Below are positions 56,491-64,000 of a stretch of DNA of 64,000 nucleotides, in pieces. The first letter of the stretch is position 1; the number at the start of each line of letters is the position of its first letter. The stretch spans positions 75,640,001 to 75,704,000 of the forward strand of contig OZ024743.1 of NCBI GenBank assembly GCA_964016885.1, read 5' to 3'. The stretch is from Eledone cirrhosa. Its lineage: Eukaryota. The notes beneath the pieces were generated by a model that was not told the origin of the DNA, ran no database searches, and worked only from the letters and a program-made list of their open reading frames with translations. The translations under genes and the position numbers were made by a program.

Positions 56491-57408
56491 GGGAAGTGTC
56501 GTTAAATGTGGTTGTTTGTGTCTGGTGGGAAGTGTTGTTAAATGTCGCTGTTTTTGTCTGGTGGGAAGTGTCATTAAATGTGGTTGTTTGTGTCTGGTGA
56601 GAAGTGTCGTTAAATGTCGTTGTTTGTGTCTGGTAGGAAGTGTCATTAAATGTGGTTGTTTGTGTCTGGTGGGAAGTGTCATTAAATGTGGTTGTTTGTG
56701 TCTGGTGGGACGTGTCGTTAAATGTCGTTGTTTGTGTCTGGCGGGAAGTGTAGTCAAATGTCGTTGTTTGTGTCTGGTGGGAAGTGTCGTTAAATGTGGT
56801 TGTTTGTGTCTGGTAGGAAGTGTCGTTAAATGTGGTTGTTTGTGTCTGGTGGGAAGTGTCGTTAAATGTCATTGTTTGTGTCTGGTGGGAAGTGTCGTTA
56901 AATGTGGTTGTTTGTGTCTGGTGGAAAGTGTCGTTAAATGTGGTTGTTTGTGTCTCGTGGGAAGTGTCATTAAATGTGGTTGTTTGTGTCTGGTGGGAAG
57001 TGTCGTTAAATGTCGTTGTTTGTGTCTGGTGGGAAGTGTCGTTAAATGTGGTTGTTTGTGTCTGGTGGGAAGTGTCGTTAAATGTGGTTGTTTGTGTCTG
57101 GTGGGAAGTGTCGTTAAATGTGGTTGTTTGTGTCTGGTGGGACGTGTCGTTAAATGTCGTTGTTTGTGTCTGGTGGGAAGTGTCGTTAAATGTGGTTGTT
57201 TGTGTCTGGTGGGAAGTGTCGTTAAATGTCGTTGTTTGTGTCTGGTGGAAAGTGTCGTTAAATGTGGTTGTTTGTGTCTGGTGGTACGTGTCGTTAAATG
57301 TCGTTGTTTGTGTCTGGTGGGAAGTGTCGTTAAATGTGGTTGTTTGTGTCTGGTGGGAAGTGTCGTTAAATGTCGTTGTTTGTGTCTGGTGGGAAGTGTC
57401 ATTAAATG
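56490..57408. repeat. 36-bp minisatellite, about 25 copies
   Basis: unit gggaagtgtcgttaaatgtggttgtttgtgtctggt. Confidence 0.95.
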
Positions 57409-57737
57409 TAATTTCTATTGTTCTTATTAGTAACTGCATTGTTTCTTTCCAGGGACCATGTTGACAAATAAACCTGATTTGAGAGTATCTTGGTCAGCCT
57501 AGGAACTTTTCAACCTTTTAGCCAGCCCACGTATGTCTAGAATATGACGGGGTAACCACGACTGGAACAACATTATAGATATGTCTTCTCAGGAAGATCT
57601 GACTTGTGACTAAACAACAAGCATGGAACAAACTACCTGCATCAGTTGTTACCTGTTGGGACACTGCATCCTTTAAAACCCCCATGTTTCCCGAAACTCG
57701 CCAACACTACACCTGTCATTCCCCTTCCATACACACG

Positions 57738-57808
<71 letters not shown>

Positions 57809-58234
57809 ATATCATGACTCATACACTGTTCACTTTCCTGACTTTTGTACATTATTCTATGCGAATGGCAGAATCGGTTGAGCGCGAGACACCATGCTTT
57901 GTAGCATAGAGTTATGAGTCTTTACGTCCTGAGATCAAATCACGCAGAGGTTAACTTTGCCTTTCATCCTTACGGGGTCGATAAAATAAAGTACCAGTAA
58001 CGCTTTGGGAGTCGATTTAATCGACTTGACCCTACCCCTAAATTGCTGGCCTTGTGCCTATAGTAGAAATTATTATTCTATATACCATACATGCACCTTT
58101 GATGAGTTGTAGTGCACCTGAGCACTGCACACATTTCATTATATATTATATAATCAAAACTGGCCTTCAACATCCAACAATCACCTTTCCATACCTACTA
58201 ACTACAAAGTTTCCACTTCAATTCTTTAAACTTC

Positions 58235-60272
58235 GCCAGCAGTAGATATCCCCAACCTTCTCTTTCCACCATACTCTCAACACAAATCCCTCTCTACCTC
58301 CAGCAGTAGATATCCCAACCTTCTCTTTCCACCATACTCTCAACTCAAATCCCTCTCTACCCCCAGCAGTAGATATCCTCAACCTTCTCTTTCCACCATA
58401 CTCTAAACTCAAATATCTCTCTACCTCCAGCAGTAGATATCCTCAACCTTATCTTTCCACCATACTCTCAACTCAAATATCTCACTACCTCCAGCAGTAG
58501 ATATCCCCAACCTTCTCTTTCCAACATACTCTCAACACAAATATCTCTCTACCCCCAGCAGTAGATATCCTCAACCTTCTCTTTCCAACATACTCTCAAC
58601 ACAAATATCTCTCTACCTCCAGCAGTAGATATCCCCAACCTTCTCTTTCCACCATACTCTCAACACAAATATCTCTCTACCTCCAGCAGTAGATATCCCC
58701 AACCTTCTCTTTCCACCATACTCTCAACTCAAATATCTCTCTACCTCCAGCAGTAGATATCCTCAACCTTCTCTTTCCACCATACTTTCAACTCAAATAT
58801 CTCTCTACCTCCAGCAGTAGATATCCTCAACCTTCTCTTTCCAACATACTCTCAACACAAATATCTCTCTACCTCCAGCAGTAGATATCCCCAACCTTCT
58901 CTTTCCACCATACTCTCAACACAAATATCTCTCTACCTCCAGCAGTAGATATCCTCAACCTTCTCTTTCCACCATACTCTCAACTCAAATATCTCTCTAC
59001 CTCCAGCAGTAGATATCCTCAACCTTCTCTTTCCACCATACTCTCAACACAAATATCTCTCTACCTCCAGCAGTAGATATCCTCAACCTTCTCTTTCCAC
59101 CATACTCTCAACTCAAATATCTCTCTACCTCCAGCAGTAGATATCCCCAACCTTCTCTTTCCACCATACTCTCAACACAAATATCTCTCTACCTCCAGCA
59201 GTAGATATCCTCAACCTTCTCTTTCCACCATACTCTCAACTCAAATATCTCTCTACCTCCAGCAGTAGATATCCCCAACGTCTCTTTCCACCATACTCTC
59301 AACTCAAATATCTCTCTACCGCCAGCAGTAGATATCCTCAACCTTCTCTTTCCACCATACTCTCAACTCAAATATCTCTCTACCTCCAGCAGTAGATATC
59401 CTCAACCTTCTCTTTCCACCATACTCTCAACTCAAATATCTCACTACCTCCAGCAGTAGATATCCTCAACCTTCTCTTTCCACCATACTCTCAACACAAA
59501 TATCTCTCTACCTCCAGCAGTAGATATCCTCAACCTTCTCTTTCCACCATACTTTCAACTCAAATATCTCTCTACCTCCAGAAGTAGATATCCTCATCCT
59601 TCTCTTTCCACCATACTCTCAACACAAATATCTCTCTACCTCCAGCAGTAGATATCCTCAACCTTCTCTTTCCACCATACTCTCAACACAAATATCTCTC
59701 CAGAAGTAGATATCCTCATCCTTCTCTTTCCACCATACTCTCAACTCAAATATCTCTCTACCTCCAGAAGTAGATATCCTCATCCTTCTCTTTCCACCAT
59801 ACTCTCAACACAAATATCTCTCTACCTCCAGCAGTAGATATCCTCAACCTTCTCTTTCCACCATACTCTCAACACAAATATCTCTCTACCTCCAGCAGTA
59901 GATATCCTCAACCTTCTCTTTCCACCATACTTTCAACTCAAATATCTCTCTACCTCCAGAAGTAGATATCCTCATCCTTCTCTTTCCACCATACTCTCAA
60001 CACAAATATCTCTCTACCTCCAGCAGTAGATATCCTCAACCTTCTCTTTCCACCATACTCTCAACTCAAATATCTCTCTACCTCCAGCAGTAGATATCCC
60101 CAACGTCTCTTTCCACCATACTCTCAACTCAAATATCTCTCTACCTCCAGCAGTAGATATCCCCAACCTTCTCTTTCCACCATACTCTCAACTCAAATAT
60201 CTCTCTACCTCCAGCAGTAGATATCCCCAACCTTCTCTTTCCACCATACTCCCAACTCAAATATCTCTCTAC
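58235..60272. repeat. 64-bp minisatellite, about 32 copies
   Basis: unit ccagcagtagatatcctcaaccttctctttccaccatactctcaactcaaatatctctctacct; period 58683 to 58747. Confidence 0.95.
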
Positions 60273-60504
60273 CAACTCTTTGTCCAAGTTTATTCATTTG
60301 GAAAACTGAACACGCCAAGACAATTGGCTTTATCTCAATAACTGCAGGCCGGATCAAATATCAGGAAATATATTCCAGCGAATAATTCTGTTGTTAGAAC
60401 CCAAACGGAACAAAAGAACCACGCCTAACCACAGCAGACAGACAAATTAGGAGTCAGGATTTATTGAAGCTGTCTCAACATGTCAGCTAACATATTAGCA
60501 TGAA

Positions 60505-60574
60505 TACGTGTGTGGTGTGTGTGTGTGTGTGCGTGTGTGTGTGATCTTTCGTTGAAGTATGTATTTGTATATAT

Positions 60575-60630
<56 letters not shown>

Positions 60631-60895
60631 TGTGTGTGATCTTTAGTTGAAGTAAGTATGTATTTGTATATATCACGTGTGTGTGTGTGTGTGATCTTTG
60701 GTTGAAGTATCTATTTGTATGTATCCCGTGTGCGTGTGTGTGTGAGTGTGTGTGTGTGATCCTTGGTTGAAGTAATTATGTATTTGTATTTATCACGTGT
60801 GTATGTGTGTGTGTGATCTTTGGTTGAAGTATGTATTTGTATGTATCACGTGTGTGTGTATGTGTGTGCACATGTGTGTGTGTGTGTCTGTGTGT

Positions 60896-60947
<52 letters not shown>

Positions 60948-61300
60948 TCTTTGGTTGAAGTAAGTATGTATTTGTATATATTACGTGTGTGTGTGATCTT
61001 TGGTTGAAGTATGTATATGTATATATTACGTGTGTGTGTGATCTTTGGTTGAAGTAAGTATGTATTTGTATATATTACGTGTGTGTGTGATCTTTGGTTG
61101 AAGTAAGTATGTATTTGTATATATTACGTGTGTGTGTGATCTTTGATTGAAGTAAGTATGTATTTGTATATATTACGTGTGTGTGTGATCTTTGGTTGAA
61201 GTATGTATGTATTTGTATATACTACGTGTGTGTGTGATCTTTGGTTGAAGTATGTATGTATTTGTATATACTACGTGTGTGTGTGTGATCTTTGATTGGA
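60505..61300. repeat. About 45-50-bp minisatellite with embedded variable (GT)n
   Basis: gatctttggttgaagtaagtatgtatttgtatatattacgtgtgtgtgt. Confidence 0.9.
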
Positions 61301-62577
61301 GTTATAATAGTATGTATATGTATGTATTTATATGTGTTTGAGCGTGCGTGTGTGCATGCAAGTAGCACTATTCAAATATACAGATACATGTAAAATCGCC
61401 GGTTTATATCTAAACTTTAAAAATATTTTAGTTTTTAATTTTCTGGAATACTTTACAGAATAAAATTCTTAGAATTAATATTTTAAAATATATTTGTTAT
61501 TTATGAAAGTTTAGACGTAGAATCTTGGGTAATAACCGAAAGAATACAATTGCAAACATAAGCGGCCGAAATGGGGTTCTCCCGAAGGGTATTTGTAGTA
61601 ACATTACTCGATACAGTGCGTAGCTCGGAGATCAAAGAGTCACTCCAGGTAGAGCCGCTACTTCTCCGAATTGAAAGATCACGGCTCTGATACTATGGAC
61701 ATGTGGTTAGAATGTCTCAGGAAAGAATCATTGAACAGATTTAACGGACAAAACCAACCGGCAGGAGACCCAGAGGTAGACCCCGAGTAAGATGGTTGGA
61801 TAACATCCATGAACTTGGCTTGTCTAACTTGGAGGATCCAGCCGAATCAGTTGGAGACGGTTGCTTCTGACAGGTGCCGCTGGAAGGAGTGTTAGAGGAC
61901 TTTTCCCCCACGTCCCTCTCAGGAATAGTGGGCGAAGAAGAATATATTTTGCTTTTTAATGTTTAGGAAATCCTTACGGAATAAAACGTATGTAAATCAA
62001 TATTAAAAAATATTAGATTTTTTAATTTTCTTTAATACCTGACAGAATGAAACTTTATTTTTATTTTCTATTGTTTTAAAAATATAATTTTATTTATACA
62101 ATGATGGAAATATTTGGTTATCTGTTATACATAAACATATTATGTCAACTATATTTTACAGAAGTTATAGAATGATGGAAATATAAAAAATAGGATAAAA
62201 ACAAAATTAAGTAATGAAAAAAAGAGAAAGGGTAAAGAAGGGCAGATCTGGCGGAATAGAAAAGTAGAGAAAAGGACTATAAATGCCATAAATGAGAGGA
62301 AAAGGAGGGAAGAGCAAGGACTATTAGGTCAAAGAAGAAAGGGATGGTTGAGAAAGGGGGATAGGCTCTATTCCTGGGGCGGGGTGGTGTTTCGACTGTG
62401 TCACGCGGACAAAACTACAAAGGCATTTCGTGGACCTTTAAAGATCAATATAAAAAAATATTAAGTTCTTAATTTTCTGGAATAGTTTACGTATAAAAAT
62501 CAATAAAAAAAGAAAATAAATGAATTGGAGGCAGAGTTTATTGGTTTTACGCGTTTATTTGTATTAAACATATACAA

Positions 62578-62943
62578 AACATCACGAACGAGGAGGTCTG
62601 CAAAAGAATCACCCAGCACGTGAGCCACTTTGAAGATCTGCTGACCACGGTGAAGAGGAGGAAGATGAGGTGGTATGGGGCATGTAACAAGAACGGGTGG
62701 ACTCTCCAAGACAATTCTCCAAGGAACAGAGTGGAGAAAGAGAAGGCGGAGTAGACAGAGGAAGTGGTGGACAGACAACATAACTGAGTAGATGGGCAGG
62801 AACTTTACCACACAACCCAAGTACTCACTCATGCTCCCCATGCTTCTCACCCACCTCGTGGATGTCTCTCTGTTGACCACGGGCCGCTGGTCTCTGTCCT
62901 CTGAGGCACTTTTGCCCATCGCTGCCTTTGACATTTAGCAATG

Positions 62944-62947
<4 letters not shown>
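62578..62947 (+). mobile_element. RTE LINE 3' fragment (duplicate of 27305-27680)
   Basis: near-identical sequence. Confidence 0.85.
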
Positions 62948-62990
<43 letters not shown>

Positions 62991-64000
62991 AGAATTTTCC
63001 GCGTCTGGAGCTATTCGGATATGTGATTGGTGTGGAGAGGAAAGCATTTGGCCACACAACCCAAGCACTTGTCCATGACCGCCAGAGATGGAGACAGTTG
63101 GTGCAGCGTTCAACATTACAGTATCCCAACGACCCCGAAAAAGTTTAAGGGACCATGAAGATGGAGGCTCGACAGCAATTGGGGGAGGAGGGGAAAGTCG
63201 ATTAATTCAAACCCAGTGTATTACTGGTACTTTATTTTATCGACCCTGTAAGGATGAAAGGTAAAGTAATCTCGGTGGGATTTGAACTCAGAATGGTAAA
63301 GGGCCGTAACTCTATGCTGTAAAGCATTTTCCCCGATGTTCTACCGATACTGTCAATCAACCAGCCTTAATAAACAGAGACAGACAGACAGAGAGACAGA
63401 GAGACAAAGAGACAGAAAGACAGAGAGACAGACAGAGACACAGACAGAGAGACAGACAGAGAGACAGAGAGACAGGGAGGCAGAGAGACAGACAGATAAA
63501 GAAACAGACTGACAGAGAGACAGAGAGACAGACAGTGAGACAATCTTAAACTATAATAAAGAAAGGAGTGCGGGACTGCGCCCAGAATATTTTTTTTTTT
63601 ATCCCGTTTGTAAAATAAGTTGGATTACTTTGAATAAATAATGAATGAATATTACATAATTTATCTACTAAATTTCGTTATTCTTGATTAAATATATTTT
63701 ATAGCTTATTTAAAGATTCACTTCTTTAAAATTTTCAAATGTCAACACTTCCGGTTAGCGTTCGCTTAAATAAACATTCATATATTTCCGTCACTAATTT
63801 TTATCTTAATGCAGTTTATAAATAATATCGTCTTTTTAAAATGTATCATGGATTACTTTACTGATTACATAAGACAGTGTAACGCAGTCTTCGTTCAATT
63901 TCTGTGTATATTGTCAATTATGATTTTATTTGATGTATCATATCTCCATGCATATATACTTGCGTATAATACCAATATGCACACCACACGTGCTAGCAGA

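Noticed and set aside
56453-57464. Long ORFs of 328, 313 and 214 aa
   Set aside because: Stop-free 36-bp minisatellite read in multiple frames and strands.

Overview
AT-rich, repeat-saturated animal genomic DNA; the SINE repertoire and microsatellite load suggest a cephalopod (Octopus-like), which is an inference. No intact host protein-coding gene is recognisable, and most long ORFs in the track are micro- or minisatellite artefacts. Identifiable content: two Penelope-like retroelement (PLE) remnants with GIY-YIG endonuclease, fragments of CR1/L2, RTE, R4/Dong-like and CRE-like LINEs, a decayed mariner, non-autonomous Helitron, Tigger-like and piggyBac-like elements, many tRNA-derived SINEs, and several minisatellites. 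The main signal is about 20 complete or near-complete type I hammerhead ribozyme (HHR) motifs plus several half-motifs, from roughly ten sequence families. Nearly all lie in short non-coding elements inserted in (TA)n tracts. Many are fold-back palindromes, and some are partial tandem or circularly permuted units of about 330-540 bp. This looks like a multi-family, TA-microsatellite-targeted, PLE-associated retrozyme-like system. All ribozyme calls are by-eye motif and pairing assignments; catalytic activity is untested.
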